Source of the DNA: an uncultured Verrucomicrobiae bacterium
Lineage (GTDB): Bacteria; Verrucomicrobiota; Verrucomicrobiia; Opitutales; JABDGR01
Direction: 5' to 3'
DNA: 64,000 nucleotides
Assembly: GCA_963765205.1 (NCBI GenBank)
Contig: CAVXVB010000009.1
Coordinates: 817,425-881,424 of the forward strand
Below the pieces are notes generated by a model, which was not told the DNA's origin, made no database searches, and was given only the letters and a program-made list of their open reading frames with translations. A program made the position numbers and the translations under genes. The stretch's first letter is position 1. Each line of letters opens with the position of its first letter. Shown here in pieces: positions 18,705-29,529 of the stretch.

Positions 18705-20399
18705 ATGCCTTCGCCCAATCTTGTCACCATCAACGTGGACGGCCGCGACCTGCAGGTTCCGGCGGGAATGAACCTGATTGACGCAATGGCCCGCCACGGG
18801 CTGGAAGTGCCGCATTATTGCTACCACCCGAAGCTCACGGTGGCGGGCAATTGCCGCATGTGTCTGGTCGAGACGGGAATGCCGATGAAAGACCGGCAGA
18901 CGAACCAGATTCTGGTTGAGCCGGATGGCCGCATGAAAATCGGCTGGGGACCGAAACCCGCCGTCGCCTGCACCACCAATTGCGCCGCGGGCTTGCATGT
19001 GCGCACGAACACGCCAGTCGTCAAGGACTGCCGCGAGGGTGTGATGGAATTCCTGCTCGTCAACCACCCGCTGGATTGCCCGATTTGCGACCAGGCCGGC
19101 GAATGCAAGCTCCAGGAATTCGCCACCGATTATGGCCGTGGCTATAGCCGCTTCGTCGAGGAAAAGAACGTCAAGCCCAAGCGCACGCGCCTCGGGCCGC
19201 GCGTTACGCTCGACGACGAACGCTGCATCCTGTGCTCGCGCTGCGTGCGCTTCTGCTCGGAAATCGTCAAGGACAACGTGCTCGGCTTCATTGACCGCGG
19301 CAGCCATTCCACACTGACCTGTTATCCCGGCCGCGAACTTGACAATAATTATTCGCTCAACACGGTGGACATCTGCCCTGTCGGCGCGCTCACCAGCACC
19401 GATTTCCGCTTCAAGATGCGCGTATGGTTTTTGAAGCCCACGCCCAGCATTTGCACCGAAAGCAGCGTCGGCGCCAACACCGAGGTCTGGAGCCGCGAAG
19501 GCAAAATCTACCGCATCACCCCGCGCGACAACGACGCCGTCAATGACTGCTGGATGGCGGACAGCGGGCGCCTGCTTTACCAGCCGGTCGAGTCTCCACT
19601 GCGCATTGATTTCTTCGCGGTGGACAACGGCAAGTGCGCCGCCGGCAAGGCTCGCGCGCGCACCGCCGAACTGCTTAAAGGCGGCGGGGTGGGGTATGTC
19701 GGCTCGGCGCAGAGCAGCCTCGAAGAACAATTTCTACTCTGGAAACTCGTTAAGGCCGAACCCGGCCCGGTGTCTTTCGTCCGACATACGCGCGCTGGCG
19801 ACGGTCTGTTGATTTCGAATGACGCGACTCCGAATCTCCGCGGCGCGTTCCTAACCGGCCTGCTGCGCGAGTTGCCGCAGGCCAATCTCGATGAACTGCG
19901 CGACAAGGTCGAGACCGGCGCGATTAAAACGCTGTTCGTCGTCCACGAAGACCTCGCCGCGCTCGGCTTTTCAGAAGAGGTGCTGCGCCGTGTGCAGGTG
20001 ATTTACCTCGGCACTCACGCCAACCTCACCAGCGATCTCGCCCAAGTCGTGCTGCCGGGGCTGACGGTGTTCGAGAAAACCGGCAGTTTCGTGAACCAGC
20101 AATGGCGCGTGCAACGGTTTTTTCAGGCTGTGCCCGGGCCAGCGGGCGCCGTGCCGGATATGCTTTTGCTTAGCCAACTGCTCGCCCAGATTGTTGGTGG
20201 AAGCGCCGCGCCCGTGTCGCCGGAAATCATCTGGTCGGAACTTGCCGCCGCCCTCGCGCCGCTGGCTGGGTGGACGTGGGCCGGAATCGGGATGCAAGGC
20301 CGGGTGCTGGACGGCTCGGCGTGGGCGCACATTTCCTTTGGCGAAGGCAAATCGCTGCACTACGACCCCGCGGCCCTCACCGCCGTCAAAGCCGGTTAA
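18705..20399 (+). CDS. nuoG: NADH-quinone oxidoreductase subunit G
   Basis: CYHP...GNCRMC, NHPLDCPICDQAGEC, CILCSRC, DICPVGAL. Confidence 0.95.
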   Translation: MPSPNLVTINVDGRDLQVPAGMNLIDAMARHGLEVPHYCYHPKLTVAGNCRMCLVETGMPMKDRQTNQILVEPDGRMKIGWGPKPAVACTTNCAAGLHVRTNTPVVKDCREGVMEFLLVNHPLDCPICDQAGECKLQEFATDYGRGYSRFVEEKNVKPKRTRLGPRVTLDDERCILCSRCVRFCSEIVKDNVLGFIDRGSHSTLTCYPGRELDNNYSLNTVDICPVGALTSTDFRFKMRVWFLKPTPSICTESSVGANTEVWSREGKIYRITPRDNDAVNDCWMADSGRLLYQPVESPLRIDFFAVDNGKCAAGKARARTAELLKGGGVGYVGSAQSSLEEQFLLWKLVKAEPGPVSFVRHTRAGDGLLISNDATPNLRGAFLTGLLRELPQANLDELRDKVETGAIKTLFVVHEDLAALGFSEEVLRRVQVIYLGTHANLTSDLAQVVLPGLTVFEKTGSFVNQQWRVQRFFQAVPGPAGAVPDMLLLSQLLAQIVGGSAAPVSPEIIWSELAAALAPLAGWTWAGIGMQGRVLDGSAWAHISFGEGKSLHYDPAALTAVKAG

Positions 20400-20417
20400 T
20401 TTTCTTTCCTCTCCTTC

Positions 20418-21530
20418 ATGCTGCAACTGTTAATCTACCTTGTTTTGCACGCCATCTACGCGCTGCTGGTCATCAGCGTGCTGATGGGCATGTGCGCGTA
20501 TGCGGTGTTGGCGGAGCGCAAGATCAGCAGTTGGATCCAAAACCGCGTCGGCCCGAATCGCACGCAACTGCCCATCCTCGCCTATATTCCCGTGGCCGGG
20601 ACCATGCTCCAGCGCATTGGTTTTTCGCAGCCCATGGCTGATGGATTGAAATTTTTGTTCAAGGAAGATGTGGTGCCTGGGCATGTGAAGAAGTTTTACT
20701 ATACGCTCGCGCCCTGCCTTTCGCTCGTGGCGGCCCTGACCACTTGCACAGTGCTGCCGTTTGGGCTGTGGTGGTCGGAAGACGCAAAACACAATCTGGT
20801 GGAGCAACCGCTCGTGCTGGCCAATCTCGACATCGGCCTGCTCTTCATCCTGGCGATCAGCTCGCTCGGGGTTTACGGGCTGGTGCTGGCGGGCTGGGCG
20901 TCGAACAGCAAATACCCGTTCCTCGGCGGCATCCGCGCCTCGGCGCAGTTGATTTCCTACGAACTGGCGATGGGCGTCGCGCTGCTGCCCGTGTTCCTCT
21001 GGTCGAGCCGGCCCGGCGTGGACAGCCCGCTGAATTTGTATCGCATCGTGCAGGCGCAAGACGGTTTATGGCTGTGCATTTGGCAGCCCATCTCCGCGCT
21101 GGTTTTTCTGATTTGTATTTTTGCCGAGACGAACCGCCTGCCCTTCGATATGGCGGAGTCGGAGACCGATCTGGTCGGCGGTTTCCACACAGAATACGGC
21201 AGCTTCAAATTCGGGTTTTTCTTCATCGCGGAATACGCCCACATGATCGTCGGTTCGGCGGTGTTCGTCGTGCTCTTCTTCGGCGGCTGGAACTTTTTTC
21301 CCGGCCTGGCCGACCCCTGGCCGCACAACCTCCTCGGCTCGGTGCTCACCATCGTCTGGTTTTTGGCCAAAGTGGTTTGCTTCGTCTTCTTTTTCATCTG
21401 GATTCGCTGGACCCTCCCGCGTTTCCGCTACGACCAGGTAATGAAGCTCGGCTGGAACGTCCTGCTGCCGCTGGCGGTGGCGAACTTTGCCGCCTACCTC
21501 ATTTTCTTCGCCCTCTTCCCCAATCTTTAA
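20418..21530 (+). CDS. nuoH: NADH-quinone oxidoreductase subunit H
   Basis: AERK...RVGPNR, AETNRLPFD, PRFRYDQ. Confidence 0.97.
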   Translation: MLQLLIYLVLHAIYALLVISVLMGMCAYAVLAERKISSWIQNRVGPNRTQLPILAYIPVAGTMLQRIGFSQPMADGLKFLFKEDVVPGHVKKFYYTLAPCLSLVAALTTCTVLPFGLWWSEDAKHNLVEQPLVLANLDIGLLFILAISSLGVYGLVLAGWASNSKYPFLGGIRASAQLISYELAMGVALLPVFLWSSRPGVDSPLNLYRIVQAQDGLWLCIWQPISALVFLICIFAETNRLPFDMAESETDLVGGFHTEYGSFKFGFFFIAEYAHMIVGSAVFVVLFFGGWNFFPGLADPWPHNLLGSVLTIVWFLAKVVCFVFFFIWIRWTLPRFRYDQVMKLGWNVLLPLAVANFAAYLIFFALFPNL

Positions 21531-21552
21531 CCGCCTCCCCCGCGCAACCACC

Positions 21553-22101
21553 ATGGCCAAAGTCCTCGAACGCAAACCCCTGACCTTTTGGGAGCGCACC
21601 TACCTGCCGCAAATCCTCGGCGGGCTGCGCATCACTTTCTTCAATATGTTTCGGCGCAAGGAAACGCTCGAATACCCCGAGCAGCGCCCGCAGCTTCCGC
21701 GCGGCTACCGCGGCGCGCCCACGCTCGTCAAAGACCCCAACGGCCGCGAAAAATGCGTCTCTTGCCAGCTTTGTGAATTCGTCTGCCCGCCCAAGGCCAT
21801 CCGCATCATCCCTGGCTCCATTCCCTTCGACGCCCCCACCGCGCACGTCGAGAAGGCGCCGAAGGAATTCGACATCAACATGCTCCGCTGCATTTACTGC
21901 GGCTTGTGCGAGGAAGTCTGCCCCGAGGAGGCCATCTGGTTGCAGGATATTTATTCCCTGACCGGCACCAGCCGCGGCCAGCTCGTCCATAACAAGGCCA
22001 AGCTCTACGAACTCGGCGGCACGCGGCCCGACACCCATTACAAGTGGGACAAAAAACTCGCCGCTGAAAAAGAGCAGGCCGCCGGCGGCGCGCATCATTG
22101 A
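21553..22101 (+). CDS. nuoI: NADH-quinone oxidoreductase subunit I
   Basis: Two CxxCxxCxxxCP motifs. Confidence 0.96.
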   Translation: MAKVLERKPLTFWERTYLPQILGGLRITFFNMFRRKETLEYPEQRPQLPRGYRGAPTLVKDPNGREKCVSCQLCEFVCPPKAIRIIPGSIPFDAPTAHVEKAPKEFDINMLRCIYCGLCEEVCPEEAIWLQDIYSLTGTSRGQLVHNKAKLYELGGTRPDTHYKWDKKLAAEKEQAAGGAHH

Positions 22102-22186
22102 ACCAGCGCCGCCTTTTTGCTCGATTAACCCCCGCGCTCCACGCTTAATCAAACCTTTTGCCCGTATTCCGCCACCCTTCCGCGCC

Positions 22187-22762
22187 ATGCTGCCCGCCTT
22201 TCTCTTTTACTTCTTCTCCGCGCTGACGATCCTCGCCGCGCTGCTCGTGGTGCTCAACCGCGAGGCCGTGAACAGCGCCATGTGCATGATTGTCGCGCTC
22301 TCCGGGGTGGCGGCGCTCTTTGTGCTGCTGCAGGCCTACTTTCTGGCGGTGCTGCAAATCGTGGTTTACGCCGGCGCAGTCATGGTGCTCTTCCTCTTTA
22401 TCATCATGCTGCTCGACACCTCCGCTCGCCGCATTCATGTGACGGAGATGAACCTTGTGGCGGCCATCGCCGCGCTGATGGTGCTGGCCGGCGGGGCCAT
22501 CTGGCTGGCGCACCAATTTCCCGCCGTGGGCGTTTTGCCCGACGTTCAGCCCATGCCCACGGATCAGGCTCCGATGGCCTACGCCACCACCGCCAAGGCG
22601 TTTGGCTACGGACTCTTCACCCGCTACATGCTCCCGTTCCAAGTCGCGGGCTTCCTGCTCCTCATCGCCATGGTCGGCGTCATTGTGTTGAGCAAGCGCC
22701 CGTCGGACGCCAAGGGCGACCCGGTCAAGGAACCGGCGCAGGAATCGGAAACCAATCCCTAA
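22187..22762 (+). CDS. nuoJ: NADH-quinone oxidoreductase subunit J
   Basis: [15 protein letters not shown]. Confidence 0.95.
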   Translation: MLPAFLFYFFSALTILAALLVVLNREAVNSAMCMIVALSGVAALFVLLQAYFLAVLQIVVYAGAVMVLFLFIIMLLDTSARRIHVTEMNLVAAIAALMVLAGGAIWLAHQFPAVGVLPDVQPMPTDQAPMAYATTAKAFGYGLFTRYMLPFQVAGFLLLIAMVGVIVLSKRPSDAKGDPVKEPAQESETNP

Positions 22763-22769
22763 TTTCGCC

Positions 22770-23075
22770 ATGCAACCCGGACTCCAAGCCTACCTGACCG
22801 TCGCCGGCATTCTATTTGCCATCGGCTTTTTCGGCGTGCTTCTGCGCAAGAACACGCTCGTCATCTACATGTGCCTGGAATTGATGCTCACGGCCGCAAC
22901 CTTGGCGCTGGTCGCCTTCTCCCGCTTTTACGGCACGATGGACGGCGCGCTCTTTGTCTTCTTTATCATCACGGTCGCTGCGGCGGAAGTCGCCGTCGGC
23001 CTGGCCATCATCGTCGCGCTCTACCGCCGCCGCCGCACGGTGCAGGTGGACGAATTGAATTACCTCAAGCACTGA
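22770..23075 (+). CDS. nuoK: NADH-quinone oxidoreductase subunit K
   Basis: [15 protein letters not shown]. Confidence 0.96.
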   Translation: MQPGLQAYLTVAGILFAIGFFGVLLRKNTLVIYMCLELMLTAATLALVAFSRFYGTMDGALFVFFIITVAAAEVAVGLAIIVALYRRRRTVQVDELNYLKH

Positions 23076-23085
23076 TTTTTTCCGC

Positions 23086-24963
23086 ATGGATTTGCCCAAG
23101 ATATTGACCGTCATTCTGCTGCTGCCGCTCGGCTCGGCGGCGCTGATTGTGTTGTTCCTGCGCCGGCGCGGGAACCTAGCCGCCGCTCTGTCGGTGGGCG
23201 TCGGCTTCGCCATCATGGCGCTGTCGCTGTATGCCGTGCTCTCGTGGGACGGGCAAACCCTGGAAGTGTCACGCGAATGGCTGCGCTTCGGCAATTACGC
23301 CTTTTCGATGGGTTTTTATTTCAACAACCAGACGGCGCTGATGCTGTTGGTGGTCTCGTTTGTCGCGAGCTGGATCCAGCTTTTCAGCGTCGGGTATATG
23401 GCGGACGACGAGGGCAAGGGCCGGTTTTTCGGCGGCCTGTCCATCTTCATGTTCTCGATGCTCGGCATCGTGGTCGCGGATAATTTGGTGATGCTGTTCG
23501 TGTTTTGGGAACTGGTCGGCTTCAGTTCTTACCTGCTCATCGCGCATTATTTTAAGACGGATTTCGCCAACATGGCCTCGAAAAAGGCCTTTATCGTCAA
23601 CCGCGTCGGCGACTTCGGCTTCATCCTCGGCATTGTATGGTGCTGGGATCATTACGGCACAGTCAATTTGGCTGAGTTGGGGAAAATCGCCGCCGCCAAT
23701 CCGGGCCTGTTGGGCACGACCGCCGCGGTCGGCATCGGCTTCCTGCTCATGTGCGGCTTCGTCGGCAAGAGCGCGCAATTCCCCTTGCAAGTCTGGCTGA
23801 CCGATGCGATGGCCGGCCCCACGCCCGTCTCCGCGTTGATCCACGCCGCGACCATGGTGGCCGCGGGCATCTATTTTCTGGCGCGGGTCTTTTTCCTGCT
23901 CGCGCCCGCCACGCTCCACTGGATCGCCTGGAGCGGCGCGGCGATGACGGCCTTTGCCGGCCTGTGCGCGCTTGGGCAGACGGACATAAAGAAAATCCTC
24001 GCCTATTCCACGCTCTCGCACCTTGGCTATATGGCTTGCGCGGTCGGCCTCGGTTATCCGGAAATCGCCATGTTCCACCTGGCGATGCACGCCTGCTTCA
24101 AGGCGACGCTCTTCCTCGGCGCCGGCTCTGTCATTGCCGGCTGCCACCACGAACAGGACATTTACAAGATGGGCGGCCTGTTCAAGAAAATGCCGATTAC
24201 CGGCCTGACCTTCCTGCTCGCCATCCTGGCCAACTGCGCGATTCCTTTCTTTTCCGGCGGGTATTCGAAGGATTCCATCATCTCCGCCGCGTTTTTGGCC
24301 GGGCATGACCAAGGCGTGATTTATTACGGTGTTTACGCCTTGGTGCTGGTCGGCGCGCTTTGCACGGCCCTGTATTCGGCCCGCCTCTTCTCCGTCGTAT
24401 TCCTCGGCTCACCGCGCAGTGAGGACGCCGAGCACGCGCACGAAACCGGTCCCGCGATGACGGTGCCGCTGGTCGTGCTGGGTTTTCTTTCCCTGGCCGC
24501 CGGCTGGAAGGGCCTGCTTCCCGCGCGGAGCGCCGTAGTTTTTCTCGATGCTGTTGCCAAAATAAATGAGCGCGTGGAAAGTGTAGGCGCGGGCCACGCG
24601 CTGGAAGTCATCAACGTTGCCGTCATCCTCGCTGGCCTGGCGGCTTCCTATCTTTTTTATCGCAGCGTCAAGGATCGTGACGCGCTCGCGGCCAAGGCCC
24701 CCGGCGCGTTTCACGTCCTCGAACGCCATGGTTGGTTCGACGATGTTTACGATTGGTATGTCGCGCAAGTCCAGCAACGCGTCTGCGATATTCTTGGCGC
24801 GCTCGACTTGCTCGTTTTCAAATTTACCCTGGGTTGGGGTTCGGGCGGCTTCGCCGGGTTGGCTGGTTCGCTGCTGCGCCGCGCCCAAGTTGGCAGCATC
24901 CATGCCTACGTTTACTGGTTCCTCGCCGGCGTGATTCTTTTCTGGGCCTTCGCGATTCACTAA
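23086..24963 (+). CDS. nuoL: NADH-quinone oxidoreductase subunit L
   Basis: GKSAQFPL, AMAGPTPVSALIHAATMV. Confidence 0.96.
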   Translation: MDLPKILTVILLLPLGSAALIVLFLRRRGNLAAALSVGVGFAIMALSLYAVLSWDGQTLEVSREWLRFGNYAFSMGFYFNNQTALMLLVVSFVASWIQLFSVGYMADDEGKGRFFGGLSIFMFSMLGIVVADNLVMLFVFWELVGFSSYLLIAHYFKTDFANMASKKAFIVNRVGDFGFILGIVWCWDHYGTVNLAELGKIAAANPGLLGTTAAVGIGFLLMCGFVGKSAQFPLQVWLTDAMAGPTPVSALIHAATMVAAGIYFLARVFFLLAPATLHWIAWSGAAMTAFAGLCALGQTDIKKILAYSTLSHLGYMACAVGLGYPEIAMFHLAMHACFKATLFLGAGSVIAGCHHEQDIYKMGGLFKKMPITGLTFLLAILANCAIPFFSGGYSKDSIISAAFLAGHDQGVIYYGVYALVLVGALCTALYSARLFSVVFLGSPRSEDAEHAHETGPAMTVPLVVLGFLSLAAGWKGLLPARSAVVFLDAVAKINERVESVGAGHALEVINVAVILAGLAASYLFYRSVKDRDALAAKAPGAFHVLERHGWFDDVYDWYVAQVQQRVCDILGALDLLVFKFTLGWGSGGFAGLAGSLLRRAQVGSIHAYVYWFLAGVILFWAFAIH

Positions 24964-24997
24964 ACCGCGCCGCGCCACCTACCTTTTTATTTTATCC

Positions 24998-26623
24998 ATG
25001 ACCAGCGACGCGCTCATCCTGCCCCTGGCGATTGCCGTGCCCTTTGCGGCCGGGCTGCTGCTGCTGGTCAAAGGCAGGCAACTGGCACCGTGGCTGGCGC
25101 GCGCGGTGGCGTGGGTCGGCTTTGTGACCCCCGCGCTCACCGGCCTGTGCGTCTGGTATATATTTATCCTGCGCCCCGGCGAAATACCGATCATCTCGCA
25201 CCCCGGCCCCGGCTTCCACAACTCGCCGGACTTTCTTTTCAATTCCGATCTGGACCTCGGCCTCGGCTTCATCGGCTTCACGCTCAAGCTGGGCTTGAAT
25301 GGCCTTTCGATGCCGATGTTTGTGCTGGCGGGTCTGGTGGGCCTCGCCGCGGGCATCCACGCGCTTTATAATCAAAGCGACCGACCCTGCGCCTATTGGG
25401 GGTTGCTGCTTTTCATTGTCTCGGGCGCGGTCGGCGTGTTTGCGTCGGTCAATTTGTACTATTTTTATTTCTTCCATGAATTTGCGCTGATTCCCACGTT
25501 CATCCTCATTGGTTGGTGGGGTGGGCCGGGCGGGCGCTCCGCTGCGCTGGAAATGACGATTTACCTCACCCTTGGCGCGATGCTCTCGCTGCTTGGGCTG
25601 TTGGCGCTCTACATGCACAGCGGCGCGCACAGCTTCGACTTGGTCAGCCTGCGAGCGTGGAGCCTGACGGCGGGTGCGGACGCCGGCTCCGGCCACAAAA
25701 TTTTCGCGCTGCTGCTGTTTGGGTTTGGGATTTTGGTGTCGCTTTGGCCGTTCCACTCCTGGGCGCCCTCCGGCTATGCCGCCGCGCCCGCGCCGGCGGC
25801 GATGCTGCACGCCGGCGTGCTGAAAAAATTCGGGCTATACGGCCTCCTGCAAATCGCCGTGCCGCTGCTGCCGGGCGGCATGGCGGACTGGGGCCACACG
25901 CTGGCGTGGCTGGCGCTTGGCAACGTCGTGATCATCGGCGCAGTCACGCTCGCGCAGCGCGACTTGAAGATGATGCTCGGCTACAGCTCGGTGATGCACA
26001 TGGGCTATATATTCCTCGGTATCGCCTGCGTGAGCGCGCTCGGCGCGGGCGGTGCGGTGCTGCTGATGTTTGCGCACGGCCTGTCCGTCGCCGCGTTGTT
26101 TCTGCTGTCAGACGCGGTGTATCGCCGCACGCACACCTACGACTTCGGCGCGATGGGCGGCCTGGCGCAGAAGGCGCCCGTGCTGGCGGGTTTCTTTGTG
26201 GCCGCGACCATGGCGGGCATCGGCCTGCCAGGCTTTGCAAATTTTTGGGGCGAATTCAGCGTGTTTGTCGCGCTGTGGAAATACTCCCACTGGATGACGG
26301 CAGCGGCGGCCTTGGGCGTTGTCATCTCGGCTGTCTACGGTCTGCGCGCCGTGTCCCGCGTTTTTTACGGCGAGCCTTCGCCCGCGTTTCAGCCGTTGTT
26401 TGACGCGCCGGTGGCCGATATTCGGTCGAGCGAACGCTGGCCGGCGGTGATTTTGCTCGGCGTGCTCATGCTGGTCGGTTTCTGGCCGGCTTCGATCAGC
26501 CGCGGCATCAATGAAGCCCTGCCTGCCGTTTACCAAAACACGAGTCCCTTGGGCGGCTATGCCGACAAAGGCAGCCCCAATCCGGCAGTCGTGCCGTCGT
26601 CCGCGCCGCCCAGCCACCTGTGA
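24998..26623 (+). CDS. nuoM: NADH-quinone oxidoreductase subunit M
   Basis: PFHSWAP, YSSVMHMG, GLPGFANFWGE; operon position. Confidence 0.94.
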   Translation: MTSDALILPLAIAVPFAAGLLLLVKGRQLAPWLARAVAWVGFVTPALTGLCVWYIFILRPGEIPIISHPGPGFHNSPDFLFNSDLDLGLGFIGFTLKLGLNGLSMPMFVLAGLVGLAAGIHALYNQSDRPCAYWGLLLFIVSGAVGVFASVNLYYFYFFHEFALIPTFILIGWWGGPGGRSAALEMTIYLTLGAMLSLLGLLALYMHSGAHSFDLVSLRAWSLTAGADAGSGHKIFALLLFGFGILVSLWPFHSWAPSGYAAAPAPAAMLHAGVLKKFGLYGLLQIAVPLLPGGMADWGHTLAWLALGNVVIIGAVTLAQRDLKMMLGYSSVMHMGYIFLGIACVSALGAGGAVLLMFAHGLSVAALFLLSDAVYRRTHTYDFGAMGGLAQKAPVLAGFFVAATMAGIGLPGFANFWGEFSVFVALWKYSHWMTAAAALGVVISAVYGLRAVSRVFYGEPSPAFQPLFDAPVADIRSSERWPAVILLGVLMLVGFWPASISRGINEALPAVYQNTSPLGGYADKGSPNPAVVPSSAPPSHL

Positions 26624-26642
26624 CCCTGCCCGTTTCCCCGCG

Positions 26643-28199
26643 ATGAATCCCGCCATTTATCAAAGCATTACCGACACGAACCAGTGGCTGATGCTCTGGC
26701 CCGAGATTATGCTCGGGCTGCTCGCCTTGCTGTTGCTGGCGCTGGATTTGGTGCTGAAGAAGGACAAGAACGTGATCGTGCCCCGCGTCGCGGCGCTCGG
26801 CCAGATTGTCATCCTCATCGCCCTGCTCGGCCAGATTGGCTACGAGAGCGCGGAGCCGTCCATGGAAAAAATGGTGGATTGGCCGTTCTTCGGCGGCTTG
26901 ATCACGCTGACGCCAATGGGCCAAGCCGGCCGCGTATTCATCCTGCTCACATCGCTTTCGGTCAGTTATCTGGCGCAAATTTATTTCAAAAAGCAGACGC
27001 TGCCGCGCATCGAGTTTTACCACATCATGCTGGTGGTCGCCGCCGCGATGATGCTGCTCGTGCAAAGCAGCCAGTTCGTGCTCTTCTTCGTCGCGCTGGA
27101 GACCGTGACGGTCGGCTTCTATGTCTTGGTCGCTTATGGCCGCAACAGCGCCCTTTCGTTGGAGGCCGGCTTAAAATACCTGATTCTCGGCGCGCTCAGT
27201 TCGGCCATCCTGCTGTTTGGCATTGTGCTCCTCTACGGTGTGGCCGCCGCGCCCGGCGCGCATTCCTCCGCCCGGCCCCTGGCCGACGCGATGAATTTCC
27301 TCGAACTGGGCCGCGCCATCGCGCGCCACGCCGGCAATCCGCTGGCGGCGACCGGCGTGGCGCTGGTGTTGTGCGGGGTGGCCTTCAAAATCGGCGTGGT
27401 GCCCTTTCAGATCTGGGTGCCCGATGTTTATCAGGGCGCGCCGACGCCGACCACGGCCTATTTGGCGGTTGGCTCGAAGGCGGCGGGCTTTTTTGTCCTG
27501 CTCAACCTCGTCACCGGCCCCTTTGCCTCGCCGTGGCTGGCTCACGATGTCCTGGTGCCGCTGCTCTCAACCATTGCGGTGCTCTCGATTTTGTATGGCA
27601 ATCTCGCAGCCCTCGGCCAACGCAATGTCAAGCGGGTGATAGGCCTGTCCGGCATCGCGCACGCGGGCTATATGCTCGTCGGCGTGGTAGCGGCGGCGCA
27701 AGGAGTATCCTGGGCGGCGGGGGCGGTGCTGTTTTATCTTTTCACCTACCTGCTCGGTTCGATGGCGGTTTTCGGCGTCATGGCCCACGTGGCCGGCCCG
27801 CGCGACGAAACGCAGGAACTTGGTGACTACGCCGAACTCGGCCAGCGCCAGCCCTTCCTTGGCGGGGTGCTCGCAATTGGACTAGGCTCACTCGCGGGCA
27901 TTCCACCGCTGGCGGGTTTTATCGGCAAGCTCCTGCTCTTCTACGCCGCGTTCCAGGCCCATCTGTATATGCTGCTCGCCGTCTCGATCATCGGTGTGGT
28001 CATCTCAATTTATTATTATTTTGGCTGGATGCGCGAGGCGCTCTTCCGCCAGTCCAGCGTGCCTGGTCTCGTCGGCTCGGAAGCCGCCGCCCCACCCTTG
28101 GCGCCCACGCAGTGGGGCCGCCTCGCTCTGGGCCTGCTTGCTGCCGCCACGCTGCTGGCGGGCCTCTATCAAGGATTTTTCCCCGATTCGTTGAAATGA
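26643..28199 (+). CDS. nuoN: NADH-quinone oxidoreductase subunit N
   Basis: EAGLKYL, FKIGVVPFQIWVPDVYQGAPTP, GIPPLAGF. Confidence 0.95.
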   Translation: MNPAIYQSITDTNQWLMLWPEIMLGLLALLLLALDLVLKKDKNVIVPRVAALGQIVILIALLGQIGYESAEPSMEKMVDWPFFGGLITLTPMGQAGRVFILLTSLSVSYLAQIYFKKQTLPRIEFYHIMLVVAAAMMLLVQSSQFVLFFVALETVTVGFYVLVAYGRNSALSLEAGLKYLILGALSSAILLFGIVLLYGVAAAPGAHSSARPLADAMNFLELGRAIARHAGNPLAATGVALVLCGVAFKIGVVPFQIWVPDVYQGAPTPTTAYLAVGSKAAGFFVLLNLVTGPFASPWLAHDVLVPLLSTIAVLSILYGNLAALGQRNVKRVIGLSGIAHAGYMLVGVVAAAQGVSWAAGAVLFYLFTYLLGSMAVFGVMAHVAGPRDETQELGDYAELGQRQPFLGGVLAIGLGSLAGIPPLAGFIGKLLLFYAAFQAHLYMLLAVSIIGVVISIYYYFGWMREALFRQSSVPGLVGSEAAAPPLAPTQWGRLALGLLAAATLLAGLYQGFFPDSLK

Positions 28200-28282
28200 A
28201 GCCCACGGCGTTTATTTTTTCTTAACGCATTTACCCGGACATTTCATTATCCGTTGTCTCCTCCTTCAGGCATAATCGTAAC

Positions 28283-29365
28283 ATGAACGCGTGCACTCCG
28301 CGACCGCTCGAGGACATTGCCTCCTGCCGCAACCTCGCTGAAAAGCATGACCGGGTGGACCTGTCCACCGGGGTGGAGTTGCAACCCGGGCACATCCTCG
28401 ACGGCCGCTTTGTCATCGGCGAACCCATCAGCCAGGGAGGCATGGCCACCATCTATCTGGCTGAAGACAAGCAAAACGACTGGTGCAAAGTCGCCATCAA
28501 GGTCCCCTTCCTGCGCTTTGAACGCGACCCCGCCTACGTCGCCCGCTTCCTGCGCGAGGAGCAAATCGGCCTGAAATTAAGCCATCCCTCGCTGCTCAAA
28601 TTTATCCCCGTTGAAGGCGACAAAAGCCGGCTTTACCTCGTCACCGAATACCTGGCCGGCAGCACGCTCTCGCGCCTGCTCCACAAGCACGGCCCGCTCC
28701 CGGAAGCCGACGCGCTGAAAATCGCCAGCCTGCTCTGCGACGCACTGCGCCATCTGCACGACTGCGGTTACATCCACCGCGACCTCAAGCCTGATAATAT
28801 CATGTTGTGTTGCGACCATACCATTCGCATCATGGATTTCGGCCTGGCTTCCCCCATCGCGGGCCGCCTCGACTTTTTGGCCGACAAAACCCCCGTCTTT
28901 GGCACGCCCCAATACATGGCCCCCGAACAAGTCAAACGCTCCCGCAGTGATGTGCGCACCGACATCTACAGCATCGGTGTCATCCTCTACGAAATGCTCA
29001 CCGGCCAATTGCCCTTTACGCATCAAGACCCGTGGGTTATGGCGCAATCGCGCGTCGCCGGCGACCCCGCCGCGCCGCGCCAAATCAACCCCGCCATCTC
29101 CCCGGCGGCCGAGGAAATCGTCCTCCACGCCATGCAACGCAAGCCCGCCGCGCGGTATGCGACCATCACCGCCTTCCAGGCGGAACTCGACGCCCCGGAA
29201 AAAGTCCACGTCACCGGCTATTGCACGCGCCTGCGCCCGCCGCGCTTCGTGCTCAGTTATGAGCAGGCCCAAATCTATTCCGGCATCGCCATGAGCATCG
29301 TGATCGCCATCCTGCTCATTGGCGGTTTTTTCGTCGCGCTGCATTTTACCGGCAAGCATCATTAA
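28283..29365 (+). CDS. Hanks-type Ser/Thr protein kinase with C-terminal TM segment
   Basis: GGMATIY, VAIK, HRDLKPDN, DFG, GTPQYMAPE. Confidence 0.95.
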   Translation: MNACTPRPLEDIASCRNLAEKHDRVDLSTGVELQPGHILDGRFVIGEPISQGGMATIYLAEDKQNDWCKVAIKVPFLRFERDPAYVARFLREEQIGLKLSHPSLLKFIPVEGDKSRLYLVTEYLAGSTLSRLLHKHGPLPEADALKIASLLCDALRHLHDCGYIHRDLKPDNIMLCCDHTIRIMDFGLASPIAGRLDFLADKTPVFGTPQYMAPEQVKRSRSDVRTDIYSIGVILYEMLTGQLPFTHQDPWVMAQSRVAGDPAAPRQINPAISPAAEEIVLHAMQRKPAARYATITAFQAELDAPEKVHVTGYCTRLRPPRFVLSYEQAQIYSGIAMSIVIAILLIGGFFVALHFTGKHH

Positions 29366-29392
29366 GCGACGCTACATTAGAGAATAAAGGGG

Positions 29393-29474
29393 TGCTCGGG
29401 AAGGGACTTGAACCCTTACACCTTGCGGCATACGCACCTCAAGCGTACGTGTCTGCCAATTCCACCACCCGAGC
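29393..29474 (-). tRNA. tRNA-Leu(GAG)
   Basis: GCTCGGG/CCCGAGC stem, loop TTGAGGT, variable arm; CCA not fully encoded. Confidence 0.95.
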
Positions 29475-29529
29475 AAAATCAGAATGGTTACGCTAACAAA
29501 CGCCCGGCCGATTGCAATAGCAAAGCGAT

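Noticed and set aside
18705..20399. Short NuoG lacking the N7 cluster motif
   Set aside because: N7 is absent in many complex I enzymes; the other cluster motifs are intact
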